A DNA stretch of 40,000 nt from Syntrophaceticus sp. Lineage in GTDB: Bacteria; Bacillota; DSM-12270; Thermacetogeniales; Thermacetogeniaceae. The stretch is from positions 18,649 to 58,648 of the forward strand of contig JBMNGF010000001.1 in the NCBI GenBank assembly GCA_050949745.1, in the 5' to 3' direction. Positions 17,016-27,450 of this stretch are shown here, piece by piece (within the stretch, counting starts at the first letter, position 1; every line of letters starts with the position of its first letter). A model generated the notes under the pieces. The model was not told the DNA's origin. It made no database searches and saw nothing but the letters and a program-made list of their open reading frames with translations. The position numbers and the translations under genes were made by a program.

Positions 17016-17208
17016 AAAACCTCCTTAAATTTTAACAGTTATTACAACTCACTTATTTTGCCAAACTCCTGCACTCACCTGATATATACAATGTTTATGC
17101 GGATCCCTTTCATAGACAGGAGATCGCAGCTTCCCTCTTCCACCATACCCAGCTGATATATACACTTTTCTGCAGATAGGCATGACAGCTTCCCCATCCT
17201 ACACATAA

Positions 17209-18084
17209 CTAATGCATACCTTGCCAGTGATCTGCCAAAAGGGAGCGCAAGGCCTTGGCCTGTTCTTCACTTATTGTCCCCTTATTTATGGCTGTATCAA
17301 CAGTTACCAACCCCAAAATTCGATATACGCTCGCCAGCTGCGGCAGCCCCTCCATAGCAGTCAGGTGTTTCTTCACTGTACCGCAATCCCCTCTGGAGAT
17401 TGGCCCTGTCAGGGCTTCGGGTATCCCTAATTTTTTGATATTCTCCAGTGTCCCTGTGACTAAAGGAAGAAAAGCAGGAAGTCGGAGTTCTTCCGGAACA
17501 CCCGCTTCGGCAAGCAGCTTCATGGCAGTATCCAATAGTCCCACCAGATAATTGCTGGCTACACTGGCTGCCCCATGATAGAGAACTTTAGACTCTGATT
17601 CCAGCAGAAAGTGTTTACCACCCAGATCTTCTACCATTTTTATCGCCAAGCCATGTCCACGGACATCCCCCTCAATACTGAAGTAGGTTCCGGGAATGAG
17701 CTCAATGGCCTGCTCTACACTGGCAAAGGACTGAATGGGGTGAAGGGAGAGGGTAATAGCCCCTTGTTTTGCTGCAGGCTCCAAGAGCTGTGCGGTATGA
17801 GCACCGCTCATATGCAGGACAACCTGGCCGGAATAGAAAGCACCATCTGAGGCAACCTCCTCTGCCACGGTGCTGATGGCATCATCTGAAGTTGTCAGAA
17901 AAAGCACCTCAGCGTTCCTGGCTGCCTCCCCTTTAGAAAGGACAGGGCAGTTCAACCGCTTTGCCATAACCTGTGCAGACTCCTGTGACCTGCTAGCTAT
18001 ACCCACCACTTGGTAACCTGCCTTTTGAAGTAAAACTGCCATGGCTGAACCAACTTTTCCGGCACCGATAAAACCGATCTTCAT
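17209..18084 (-). CDS. Rossmann-fold NAD(P)-binding protein, DUF2520-type (candidate ketopantoate reductase)
   Basis: MKIGFIGAGKVGSAMA is a GxGxxG motif. The start is placed at ATG 18084, because the track ORF starts 18 codons earlier at 18138. It sits between the pan and fol genes. Confidence 0.7.
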   Translation of the reverse strand: MKIGFIGAGKVGSAMAVLLQKAGYQVVGIASRSQESAQVMAKRLNCPVLSKGEAARNAEVLFLTTSDDAISTVAEEVASDGAFYSGQVVLHMSGAHTAQLLEPAAKQGAITLSLHPIQSFASVEQAIELIPGTYFSIEGDVRGHGLAIKMVEDLGGKHFLLESESKVLYHGAASVASNYLVGLLDTAMKLLAEAGVPEELRLPAFLPLVTGTLENIKKLGIPEALTGPISRGDCGTVKKHLTAMEGLPQLASVYRILGLVTVDTAINKGTISEEQAKALRSLLADHWQGMH

Positions 18085-18299
18085 AGTTTTCGCCCCCCAA
18101 CTACCTGAAAAATCAAAAACCTTCCCGATCATGATCAAGAAGGCTTAGAAATATCAATTATGAGAATCACCTTCCGTCTCAGTCCTTAACAGGTACAAGC
18201 GGTCAGTCATATTATTGCTTACTATTGTGCTTACTTTTGCGGTATTCACGGTATGGCACAGGTTCCATCCGCAACCACGCCAACATTATATCATAATGT

Positions 18300-18812
18300 C
18301 TAATTTTTAAACAACCTGATTTTTTCCGTATCTCCTTTTTGCTGCAGCATTTCCAGGTGCTCCTGTGTTGAGATACCATCTGGGTGAATAAGATCAGCGG
18401 CTATTTCTCTCAATGGCATTAACACAAAACAGCGTTCATACATCCTGGGATGTGGAACAGTGAGATGGGGAGTTTTTATAATTCTGTCCCCATAGAGCAG
18501 AATATCTATATCGATCACTCGAGGGCCCCAATGAATCAGGCGTTTTCTCCCCAATTTATTCTCGATATCCTGAGTGAAATGAAGCAGTTCCTCTGGCTCT
18601 AGTGTTGTTTCGATCTCTACCACCTGGTTGAGAAACCATCCCTGATCGAGATAACCCACAGGCTCGCTTTCATAAAGTGATGATGATTGAATGATCTGAA
18701 CTGATTGATGAGCAGATAACTCCCGGCAAGCAGCGTCAAGATATGCCTGCCTATCCCCAAGGTTGGAACCCAGCCCCAAAAAGGAGTTTTCTTTCTTTCC
18801 CTTATCGGCCAT
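18300..18812 (-). CDS. folK: 2-amino-4-hydroxy-6-hydroxymethyldihydropteridine diphosphokinase
   Basis: Motifs are LGLGSNLGDR, HWGPRVIDIDILLYG and LTVPHPRMxERxFVLxPL. Confidence 0.92.
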   Translation of the reverse strand: MADKGKKENSFLGLGSNLGDRQAYLDAACRELSAHQSVQIIQSSSLYESEPVGYLDQGWFLNQVVEIETTLEPEELLHFTQDIENKLGRKRLIHWGPRVIDIDILLYGDRIIKTPHLTVPHPRMYERCFVLMPLREIAADLIHPDGISTQEHLEMLQQKGDTEKIRLFKN

Positions 18813-18968
18813 CTATCTGTCTCTCCTTTAGAAGCAAAGGTAAGCAAAAGGACCTTCTATTTGCTTCCTTTTGTTATACGGAAATTTGCCGCTGGTTACC
18901 CCTTGTTTTTCATAATCTCCTGTTCTGCACGGGGATGATTCAAGCAAAGCGGCGTTTCTTTTTGCTGA

Positions 18969-19361
18969 CTAAGTGCAACAGGAACCGTCCCTAGCGCATT
19001 GTCTTCTAATCTCTACAGCTGCATCAGCAAAAAAACCTTTGAGCGGAGCATGGGGCTTCCTTACTCTCACCAACACCTCAACAACAGGAAACTCCCCTAG
19101 AACCGACGCGGCAATGCGCTCCGCAACCGTCTCAATAAGCAGACAGGGTTCCCCGGTAACGATCTGTTGGGTCAGTTCAAAAACCTGGCTATAATCAATG
19201 GTTTTAGTAAGGTCATCCTTCCTGCCAGCCTCCCGAAGATCACAAGATAATTCCAGATCCACAATAAAAGGCTGCCCTAATTCCTGTTCAGCAGGCATCA
19301 CACCATGATATCCATAGAACTGCATCCCATTTAGTATAATTCGATCATATTGTTCACCCAC
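18969..19361 (-). CDS. folB: dihydroneopterin aldolase
   Basis: FYGYHGVMPAEQELGQPFIVDLEL is the FolB signature. The start is placed at GTG 19361, 9 nt after GAAGGAG. The track ORF starting at 19493 would add 44 residues read through a repeat. Confidence 0.85.
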   Translation of the reverse strand: MGEQYDRIILNGMQFYGYHGVMPAEQELGQPFIVDLELSCDLREAGRKDDLTKTIDYSQVFELTQQIVTGEPCLLIETVAERIAASVLGEFPVVEVLVRVRKPHAPLKGFFADAAVEIRRQCARDGSCCT

Positions 19362-19510
19362 TACATACCGCTCCTTCTCGCCCGAACATCCTTTCCAACG
19401 ACTAACCGGAAAAACAGAAGTCAGAGACCAGAGGTCAGAAATCTGAAAGACCAGACTGTCTTGGACAATTTCCCGCCCGAACATCCTTCTCAACGACTGT
19501 AGTGTCTGAT

Positions 19511-19540
19511 CCGTGACAAAAGGACCGTCCCCGCGTCACG
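19511..19540. repeat. isolated copy of the GTGAC...GTCCCC...GTCAC hairpin word
   Basis: CCGTGACAAAAGGACCGTCCCCGCGTCACG has arms CGTGAC/GTCACG around a GTCCCC-containing loop. It follows the same design as 4351-4376 (GTGACACGGGGACGGGGTTACTGTCAC). Confidence 0.4.
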
Positions 19541-19586
19541 CCCATCTTTTCCCACTTCCAACATCCCGCTTCTCACATCTCATTTA

Positions 19587-20804
19587 CTAACCACTAACTA
19601 TGGCATCTATCATGCGCATCGCCCGAACTGATTCTTTCACATCATGGACACGCACGATATCTGCCGCACCCTGAGCAACCCCCCAAACAATCGTGGCTAA
19701 GCTTCCCTCTAAGCGCTGATCTGGAGGGAGATCCAGTGTTTTACCGATGGTCGATTTCCGTGAAGTGCCTAGCAGCACCGGTTTTCCCAGAGAGCGAAAC
19801 TCCCGCAGATGGCGCATAACCCTCAGGTTCTGCTCTGCATCTTTGCCAAAGCCAATACCTGGATCAAGAATAATCTGCTCAGGCTTGACACCAGCATCCT
19901 GGGCGATATCGACACTTCTGCGCAAAAAAGCCAGAATATCACTCATCATATCCTCGTACTCATTACCATCCTGGTTGTGCATGAGAACCACAGGTACATC
20001 ATACTCAGCTGCTACAAGAGCGATTTCAGGATCACGCTGGAATCCCCATATGTCATTGATCATATGTGCCCCAATCTCAAGGGCAGCCCTAGCTGTCTCT
20101 GCTTTATAAGTATCTACAGAAATAGGAAGATCGATCTCCTGTACCAGCCGCTTCAACACCGGTACTAGGCGCTGAATCTCTTCTTCGGCTGAAAGCGGCT
20201 CTTCTGTCCATGTGGAAGGCCTCGTTGACTCTCCGCCAATATCTATGATATCGGCACCATCCTCCACCATTTGATGGGCATGCTCTACAGCCAGCCCTGG
20301 ATCAATATACTTTCCCCCATCAGAAAATGAATCAGGTGTAACATTCAGTATTCCCATGACCAGGGTGCGCTCCCCAAGTGTCAGTGAAAGATCACGGCAG
20401 GACAGTGTCCATGGGTTCTTCCTCTCATAGTTATCGAGGACACATTTAATCTCGTCTGCTAGTTGACGCAGGCCGAAAGGTTGCATTTTAAGCTTTTTAC
20501 AGAGCTCACTATACTGACGCAGAGTCCCCATCAACAGGACATCAGTACCAGCTACAGAGAAGTCCCCAGCTCCCCTGCTGATAGCAGCCTCGCCCCCTTT
20601 GGAGAGCATCTCCTGTTTAAGAATACCAGCAGCCTTGACGCTCAGTTTCTTGACACAAATTACCCTGTGTATGGCTTTAGGTGTCATCCACCTGACACCT
20701 GGAATGTCACAACCCACATCGGTCAGAGCATGCCAGGCATCATCCCTGCCTTCAATCATCACAACTCGTAGATTATGCCCCTCATTCCCCTTCACTTCAA
20801 CCAT
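19587..20804 (-). CDS. folP: dihydropteroate synthase with ~140-aa N-terminal extension
   Basis: The pterin-binding domain starts near residue 146 (VMGILNVTPDSFSDGG, DIGGESTRP, GTSRKS). Residues 1-145 are an extra domain of unknown function. Confidence 0.9.
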   Translation of the reverse strand: MVEVKGNEGHNLRVVMIEGRDDAWHALTDVGCDIPGVRWMTPKAIHRVICVKKLSVKAAGILKQEMLSKGGEAAISRGAGDFSVAGTDVLLMGTLRQYSELCKKLKMQPFGLRQLADEIKCVLDNYERKNPWTLSCRDLSLTLGERTLVMGILNVTPDSFSDGGKYIDPGLAVEHAHQMVEDGADIIDIGGESTRPSTWTEEPLSAEEEIQRLVPVLKRLVQEIDLPISVDTYKAETARAALEIGAHMINDIWGFQRDPEIALVAAEYDVPVVLMHNQDGNEYEDMMSDILAFLRRSVDIAQDAGVKPEQIILDPGIGFGKDAEQNLRVMRHLREFRSLGKPVLLGTSRKSTIGKTLDLPPDQRLEGSLATIVWGVAQGAADIVRVHDVKESVRAMRMIDAIVSG

Positions 20805-20886
20805 CCTTTAACACAGATTTCTTTACATTAAAATGCAACGGTTACAGTTACCAAAGACCAATCACAATAAACATCCCGTGATTAAT

Positions 20887-21411
20887 CTAGTAGATCAGGA
20901 CCAGGTTGCCTGTTTCCATTGCAGAAAACTTGTAGCACTTATCTTTGGCACTGCATTCATGACAGGCTCTGGATAGATTATCTGCACGACTCAGCAGCTC
21001 CCCGAGTAAGGACATTCCCTCAGTATGGGTTCTGTGTTCCCTGATCGCCCGACAAATAACTCCGATCTCTTTTTGAGAAAAACCTGCCCGTTCTGAAATC
21101 TCCTTCGCTATTTCGGCTCCTATCAATGAGTGGTCTTCCCCCGTCTCATACTGGCGCCATCTGCCTACATCATGAAGAATCCCAGCCGCATAGATCACCT
21201 CTTTAGCTGACTGTTGACCAGTCAAATTGCCATCCTCAATTAGATTGGATAAACTGCCTGACTCCAACATCAAAATATAGGTTATCCTGGCTACAGCTAC
21301 AAAATGTTGTAGATCGTGCTTACAAAACTCTCGGTCCTCTTCTGCCTTTTTGTTCTTTTTAAGACACTTTTGAAACAAAGGATCCCGTACAATGGCATCG
21401 ATGCGTTCCAT
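20887..21411 (-). CDS. HD-domain metal-dependent phosphohydrolase
   Basis: It has H...HD residues (CKHDLQHF ... AGILHDVGR ... EHR) and a C-terminal Cys pair (CHECSAKDKC). Length is 174 aa. Confidence 0.7.
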   Translation of the reverse strand: MERIDAIVRDPLFQKCLKKNKKAEEDREFCKHDLQHFVAVARITYILMLESGSLSNLIEDGNLTGQQSAKEVIYAAGILHDVGRWRQYETGEDHSLIGAEIAKEISERAGFSQKEIGVICRAIREHRTHTEGMSLLGELLSRADNLSRACHECSAKDKCYKFSAMETGNLVLIY

Positions 21412-21482
21412 CTACACCTCTCCTTTGCCATATATTTTTTAAATCATTTCTTGGACTATAGTTTATCAAAAACATTAGAAAA

Positions 21483-21512
21483 AAGATATAAAAAGCCCCG
21501 ATTTCTCGAGGC
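21483..21512 (-). terminator. intrinsic terminator after fhs
   Basis: Minus-strand GCCTCGA-GAAA-TCGGGGC (7 bp stem, GAAA loop; 21512-21495) is followed by TTTTTATATCTTTTTT. Confidence 0.75.
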
Positions 21513-21541
21513 TTTTCTTATCCATAGGAAACGTAACCTTT

Positions 21542-23302
21542 TTAGAACAGTCCTGTTACCTCGCCAGTCTTTGTATCCACATCGATTCTTCTGTAAGCAG
21601 GATTGGAGCTCGTACCAGGCATCAGGCTGATAGCACCAGCCATCGGACAGAGGAACTTGGCTCCACCATATACCAAGACGTCACGAATCGGCAGTCTCCA
21701 GCCCTTGGGCACACCCTTCAGGGTTGGATCGTGGGTCAAGCTGAGGTGTGTCTTGACCATCATTGTGGAGAAGTCAGCATAATAAGGATCTGCTTCAAAC
21801 CTCTTGGCCTTTTCTTCGGCCACAGGTGACCAGTCAACACCATCTGCTCCGTAAACTTCTTTGGCAATCATGTCTACACGCTGGCGCAAAGGCATATCCA
21901 GTGAGTAGAGGGGCTTGAAGTCTACTTCTTCTTTACAGGCATCCATAACAGCGTCTGCCAGTTCGAGAGCACCGTCTCCACCGCTTCCCCAATGGTCGGA
22001 AATAGCTGCACGAGCACCGGCCTGCTCAGAGACTCTCTTAACAAGAGCTAATTCAGCATCGGTATCGGTGAAGAACCTGTTGACACAGACAACAGGCTTA
22101 ATCCCTGATTTCTTGACCACATTGATCAAGTGTACCAGGTTCTCGCAGCCCTTCTCTACCAACTCGAGATTTTCCTTAGTGTACTCTTCCGGAATAGGAC
22201 GGCCTGGTACTACGGTCGGTCCACCACCGTGCATCTTCAGGGCACGAACAGTTGCCACGAGGACAGAAACGTTCGGCTTCAGGCCACTCAAGCGGCACTT
22301 CACATTCCAGAACTTTTCAAATCCGATATCAGCAGCAAATCCGGATTCTGTTACATGGTAATCGAAGAGCTTCAGGCCTAAGCGGTCAGCGATAATCGAG
22401 GACTGCCCAATAGCAATATTAGCAAATGGCCCGGCATGAACAAAGCAGGGCTGATGCTCAACAGTGCAGCAGAGTGTCGGGTTAATGGTGTTGCGCATCC
22501 AAGCACACATGGCACCGTCCACTTCTAGGTCTGCAGTTGTTACCGGATCACCCTTCTTGTTGTAGGCTACAATAATTTTACTCAAGCGATCTCTTAAGTC
22601 TGGCAGGTCTTTAGCCACAGCCAGGATCGCCATCAATTCGGAACTAACAGCAATACCGGTCTTGGACTGCATCAAGAAGCCGTCCTTTTTACCGCCGAGT
22701 CCGATAATAATGTTGCGCAAGCCCTGGGCTGCAAAGTCCATAATCCAGCCCATCTCAATGTTCTTGGCATCAATGTCTAATCTCTTTAAGTTTCTTTCAG
22801 CTAGCTGTGCATCATCATAGTTGTATTCGTGCTGCATCCTGGCATTTAGAGCTACCATGGCCAGGTTGTGGGCATTCATGATATCGTTAATGTCACCGGT
22901 GAGACCAAGGGAAAACTCAGTCATCGGGATCAAGAGGGCGTTCCCACCGCCAGCAGCGGAACCTTTGATATTCATTGTCGGACCGCCGGAAGGCTGTCTA
23001 ATGGCACCGCCGACATTCTGCCCACGCTTACCAAGGCCTTCCATAAGACCCATGGTGGCAGTGGTTTTACCTTCACCCAGCGGTGTCGGTGTAATAGCGG
23101 TTACTTCGATATACTTGCCATCTGGTTTATCCTTAGCCCTGTCCATCACCTTGAGAAAATCTACCTTCGGTGTTCTACCGAAAGGAATCAATTCTTCTTT
23201 TTCCAACCCCAATAAATCCATATACCCCTCTGGGGTAGGCATATTCTTTTCTGCTTCTGCAGCAATCTGCCAGTCTTTCATCTTAGTAGCATCAAAAGGC
23301 AT
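21542..23302 (-). CDS. fhs: formate-tetrahydrofolate ligase
   Basis: Motifs are [23 protein letters not shown] and [12 protein letters not shown]. At 586 aa it is a long variant. Confidence 0.92.
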   Translation of the reverse strand: MPFDATKMKDWQIAAEAEKNMPTPEGYMDLLGLEKEELIPFGRTPKVDFLKVMDRAKDKPDGKYIEVTAITPTPLGEGKTTATMGLMEGLGKRGQNVGGAIRQPSGGPTMNIKGSAAGGGNALLIPMTEFSLGLTGDINDIMNAHNLAMVALNARMQHEYNYDDAQLAERNLKRLDIDAKNIEMGWIMDFAAQGLRNIIIGLGGKKDGFLMQSKTGIAVSSELMAILAVAKDLPDLRDRLSKIIVAYNKKGDPVTTADLEVDGAMCAWMRNTINPTLCCTVEHQPCFVHAGPFANIAIGQSSIIADRLGLKLFDYHVTESGFAADIGFEKFWNVKCRLSGLKPNVSVLVATVRALKMHGGGPTVVPGRPIPEEYTKENLELVEKGCENLVHLINVVKKSGIKPVVCVNRFFTDTDAELALVKRVSEQAGARAAISDHWGSGGDGALELADAVMDACKEEVDFKPLYSLDMPLRQRVDMIAKEVYGADGVDWSPVAEEKAKRFEADPYYADFSTMMVKTHLSLTHDPTLKGVPKGWRLPIRDVLVYGGAKFLCPMAGAISLMPGTSSNPAYRRIDVDTKTGEVTGLF

Positions 23303-23601
23303 ACACTTGCAACTCCTTTCATTCCATCTCTAAAATTGCAAACCCGACCGCTTGGCCATTGGCCATAAACTATTGGCCCCCCATGCTTCGCAAGCAACAC
23401 CTCCTTTTTCCTTTACAAATACTTTACGCTGTCTCTCCGCATTTTAAATAATCTGCCAAAATACGAATCATACCCAGCGGTAGGTATCGCTTATAGATAT
23501 ATTCGCCATTGATTCATTTTTTCCTACTTATAGAATAATATATTTTTTTTGAGATTAAGGGAAACAAAGTCCAAAAAAAGTCCGGTGACTGCAGTTTAGA
23601 A

Positions 23602-24051
23602 TTACTCGTAAATCCATGAGGTGAGACTGAGTTCATAACCACAAAGCTCCTGTTCGTTAAAGAAGAGGGAAATTTCCCTGGAGGCACTGTCCTGAGAATC
23701 AGAACCGTGGATTACATTTCTTCCGATATCGATCCCAAATGCCTCACGGATAGTTCCGGGAGCAGCCTTTTTAGGATCTGTTGCTCCCATCATTCCTCGA
23801 ACTATACTTATACAATCCTTTCCTTCCAGAACCATGGCTACAACAGGAGATGATGTTATATACTTGACGAGACCATCAAAAAATGGCTTGGCCTGGTGTT
23901 CGCCATAGTGTTTTGATGCCAACTCAGCTGAGATCTGAAGCATCTTGAGAGCTATAATCTTCAAGCCTTTCCGTTCAAACCTCTGAATAACCTCTCCTAC
24001 AAGCCCCCGCTGTACTCCGTCCGGCTTAACCATAACAAAGGTACGTTCCAC
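23602..24051 (-). CDS. ndk: nucleoside-diphosphate kinase
   Basis: [16 protein letters not shown] and NVIHGSDS (active-site His) are present. The start is placed at GTG 24051, 8 nt after AAGGGG, giving 149 aa. The track ORF begins at a TTG six codons earlier. Confidence 0.9.
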   Translation of the reverse strand: MERTFVMVKPDGVQRGLVGEVIQRFERKGLKIIALKMLQISAELASKHYGEHQAKPFFDGLVKYITSSPVVAMVLEGKDCISIVRGMMGATDPKKAAPGTIREAFGIDIGRNVIHGSDSQDSASREISLFFNEQELCGYELSLTSWIYE

Positions 24052-24169
24052 TAGATATGCCCCTTTCAAGAATAGTATGCTTCCTATAATACATTAAAAC
24101 ACATTAAACCAGAAACAAAGGGACAGTTCTTTGCTTCCTGAAGATGCAAAAACCGTCCCACTGCAGGTC

Positions 24170-25984
24170 TTATGCTCCCTGCATTAATGCCTCAAATTCA
24201 TCAGCCTCTATTGTCTCTTTCTCCATCAAGGTTGTGGCAACAAGGTGTAGCTTATCAATGTTATCCTCCAGTATCTTTTTTGCCTTTTGGTAGCAGTGCT
24301 CTATAATCCGTCGTGCCTCTTTATCGATGGAAAAGGCCACCTCTTCACTGTAGTTCCTGTCCCGGGAAATATCCCGGCCTAAAAAGACCTGCTCCTGAGG
24401 ATGCCCAAAGGTCAATGGTCCCAATTCCTCAGACATCCCATACTCTGTGATCATCTTTCTCACCAATGATGTTGCCCGCTCTAAGTCATTTTGGGCCCCG
24501 GTGCTGATATCCTTGAGAACTAGATCCTCAGAGACACGCCCTCCTAGGAGTGTTGCGACCTCGTCCAGAATGTGGGACTTGGTCAAATAGTGGCGGTCCT
24601 CAGTGGGGAGCATCAGTGTATAGCCCCCAGCGCGACCTCTAGGAATAATAGAGATCTTGTGTATCGGATCTGTGTTAGGGAGAAATTGTCCTACTACCGC
24701 ATGTCCTGCCTCATGATAGGATACTAATCTCTTTTCATTTTCACTCATCATGCGCGATTTCTTCTCCGGACCTGCTATTACCCGCTCCACAGCATCCTCT
24801 AAGTCCTTCATGCTTACCCTTTTCCTTTCTTGCCGTGCTGCAAGAAGGGCGCCTTCATTGACCATGTTGGCCAGGTCGGCACCGGTAAATCCAGGTGTAC
24901 GGCGCGCCAGTACATCTATATCAACATCGTCATCCAACTTCTTCCCTCTAATATGCACCTTGATAATCTCTCTACGCCCCTTCAGGTCAGGTTGGCTCAC
25001 TATTATCTGGCGGTCAAAACGTCCCGGCCGCAGGAGTGCCGGATCTAAAATATCCGGGCGGTTGGTGGCAGCCAAAATAATGATCCCTTCATTAGCCTCA
25101 AAACCGTCCATTTCAACCAACAGCTGGTTCAGTGTCTGCTCCCGCTCGTCATGTCCGCCGCCGAGCCCCGCGCCACGGTGTCTCCCTACAGCATCAATCT
25201 CATCCACAAAAACGATACATGGAGCATTCTTTTTAGCCTGGTCAAATAGATCCCGAACTCGTGCAGCACCTACCCCGACAAACATCTCCACAAAATCCGA
25301 TCCGCTGATACTGAAAAAAGGCACACCTGCCTCCCCAGCTACAGCTTTGGCCAGTAACGTTTTCCCGGTACCAGGTGGTCCATAAAGGAGCACACCCTTG
25401 GGTATCTTGGCGCCAATCTCAACATAGCGCTCAGGTTCCTTAAGGAAATCTACAACCTCAGCTAATTCCTCTTTCGCTTCATCTACTCCCGCTACATCAC
25501 TGAATGTAATCTTCTGCTTCTCCGGGTCAAGGGATTTGGCCTTGTTTTTGGCAAACTGCATCACCTTATTGCCACCCCCCTGGGTTTGCTGAAGCATAAA
25601 AAAGAGAAAACCTCCGATCAATAATATCGGCAGCAATGAGGATAACAGACTCACCCACCAGGGCATCCCCTCAACCGGTTCATATGACACTGTCACATTT
25701 TTTTCCTGGAGCTGATTATGAAGTGTCTGGTCTGAAGCAGGAGCAAATAGAGTAAATGCTTTTCCATCTTTCGTTTCGCCTATTACTTCGTAGTTATCAT
25801 TACCTACCGATTTCAGGTTTACATTATCAACCTTTCCGGCATCCAGGTTTTGGATAAAAGTAGAATAAGTCCATTCCGCGGGTTTAGCCTCTTGAGGCAT
25901 ATTCATTCTTAATACCATTGCTGCAACCACCAGTATAATTAGGTAGAGCGATATATTCTTTAACAGCTGGTTCTTCACCCTCAT
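24170..25984 (-). CDS. ftsH: ATP-dependent zinc metalloprotease FtsH
   Basis: It has two N-terminal TM helices, Walker A GPPGTGKT, Walker B IVFVDEID, the second region of homology, and the HEAGH zinc site. Confidence 0.95.
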   Translation of the reverse strand: MRVKNQLLKNISLYLIILVVAAMVLRMNMPQEAKPAEWTYSTFIQNLDAGKVDNVNLKSVGNDNYEVIGETKDGKAFTLFAPASDQTLHNQLQEKNVTVSYEPVEGMPWWVSLLSSLLPILLIGGFLFFMLQQTQGGGNKVMQFAKNKAKSLDPEKQKITFSDVAGVDEAKEELAEVVDFLKEPERYVEIGAKIPKGVLLYGPPGTGKTLLAKAVAGEAGVPFFSISGSDFVEMFVGVGAARVRDLFDQAKKNAPCIVFVDEIDAVGRHRGAGLGGGHDEREQTLNQLLVEMDGFEANEGIIILAATNRPDILDPALLRPGRFDRQIIVSQPDLKGRREIIKVHIRGKKLDDDVDIDVLARRTPGFTGADLANMVNEGALLAARQERKRVSMKDLEDAVERVIAGPEKKSRMMSENEKRLVSYHEAGHAVVGQFLPNTDPIHKISIIPRGRAGGYTLMLPTEDRHYLTKSHILDEVATLLGGRVSEDLVLKDISTGAQNDLERATSLVRKMITEYGMSEELGPLTFGHPQEQVFLGRDISRDRNYSEEVAFSIDKEARRIIEHCYQKAKKILEDNIDKLHLVATTLMEKETIEADEFEALMQGA

Positions 25985-26028
25985 TCCCCTTTCTAAAACT
26001 CCATATATAAATTGTAGTGTTTTTTACG

Positions 26029-27450
26029 TTATCTAAAATGCGCCTGCAACAAGAGAACATGCCTGGTTTCCTCTGTCACCGGAGCCGCTGCCCCCCTTCT
26101 GTACCCCACTACCCAATAGATTTCATCATCTTCATCTGATACCACAAGGGGCACACGGTCACGTTGATGGGGTGGAACTTTTAAATCATTAAACAGTTTC
26201 TTAATTTTTTTCGTTCCTTCCAGACCAAAGGGTCGTATTCTATCTCCGGCTCGGCGCGTACGCACAGATATCGGTAATTTAATTTTATCATAATCAAAGC
26301 CAACCTGGTAGTTTATCGCCAAAAAATTAAGAAAGCGTTGAGAATAACCCTCATATGGCATGACTTCCGCTGAAATAGATAAAGCCAGCTCCGGGATTTC
26401 TGTTTCTCCTGGCACTTTTAAGATACGATGCACCCTCGGCGCAAAGCCCTCCCTGGGGCGAACTTTGTCTAAAGTGAAATATTCACTGCCCTTGATCAAT
26501 CTCCAGCCATGAGGGAGATGGAGTTCACCTCCTGACCTCGACACCTTAAGATATGACAAACAGTCATTGTAGTTCTGGTATCCAAAATCCCTCAGCCTTC
26601 CGCCCTGCCTTCTGATCACCTTACGCAGCAGGCGGCGCTGCAGCGCAATAGGCAGTGATAGGAACTCCTCCAATGAAATCCTCACTTCTCCCTGCTCTTC
26701 AACGGTTATTTCCTTTAATACAAGGGAGGCTAGCTGAGCCATAATTTTATCCTCTTCATAGATGATTTCTGCCATCTGAGTTACAGCACGATCAACCTGG
26801 GGGTTAAAATACTGTCGCAGATAAGGCAGGAGTTCCACCCGAATGCGGTTGCGCTGATAATCTGTTGTCAAATTGGTAGCATCAGTACACCAGGTCAAAC
26901 CACGAGAACTGCAATAATTCTCGATCTCTTCCCTGGTGACCCTGAGCAGAGGGCGTACAACCCCCCGGTTGCACACCGGGATACCCGCAATTCCTGCAGG
27001 CCCTGCTCCTCGCAAAAAATTAAAAATCACTGTTTCCACCTGATCTCCAGAGTGATGCCCTACAGCGATCCGCAAGGCACCGACTCTCTGTGCCACATGC
27101 CTTAAAAACCGGTACCGTGCCCATCTGCCGGCCTCCTCAATGCTCAACCTATTTTTGCGCGCAAGATTGGACACTTGTGCATAGCCTAATGTTACCGGAA
27201 CTCCTAAAGAACGGGCAAGTCTTTGCACAAAAGCAGCATCATCCCCTGCCTCATCCCGCAGCAGATGATTGAGATGAGCCACATGGAGTTCCATAGAATA
27301 GGATGGAGCCAACTCCCTTAAAACAGATAAAAGGGCAACCGAATCCGCCCCTCCTGATACCCCGACAACAACCTTCATTCCGGGGTCAATCAAATTTTCT
27401 TTTTTGATTAATTCTTCCACCTTTTCTATAAAAGCGGACACTAACCTCAC
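26029..27450 (-). CDS. tilS: tRNA(Ile)-lysidine synthetase
   Basis: It has the PP-loop VGVSGGADS. The start is placed at GTG 27450, which overlaps the spoIIE stop (GTGA). GTG 27441 is an alternative, and the track start 27471 would overlap spoIIE by 25 nt. Confidence 0.85.
   Translation of the reverse strand: MRLVSAFIEKVEELIKKENLIDPGMKVVVGVSGGADSVALLSVLRELAPSYSMELHVAHLNHLLRDEAGDDAAFVQRLARSLGVPVTLGYAQVSNLARKNRLSIEEAGRWARYRFLRHVAQRVGALRIAVGHHSGDQVETVIFNFLRGAGPAGIAGIPVCNRGVVRPLLRVTREEIENYCSSRGLTWCTDATNLTTDYQRNRIRVELLPYLRQYFNPQVDRAVTQMAEIIYEEDKIMAQLASLVLKEITVEEQGEVRISLEEFLSLPIALQRRLLRKVIRRQGGRLRDFGYQNYNDCLSYLKVSRSGGELHLPHGWRLIKGSEYFTLDKVRPREGFAPRVHRILKVPGETEIPELALSISAEVMPYEGYSQRFLNFLAINYQVGFDYDKIKLPISVRTRRAGDRIRPFGLEGTKKIKKLFNDLKVPPHQRDRVPLVVSDEDDEIYWVVGYRRGAAAPVTEETRHVLLLQAHFR

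Noticed and set aside
23303-23601. A ZTP (pfl) or THF riboswitch was expected upstream of fhs.
   Set aside because: I could not find the ZTP cores (GGGTCGTGACTGGCG ... CCGCCTGGGC) or the THF-riboswitch conserved blocks. Only generic short hairpins and a GGCCAAT repeat are present. A covariance-model search would be needed to be sure.
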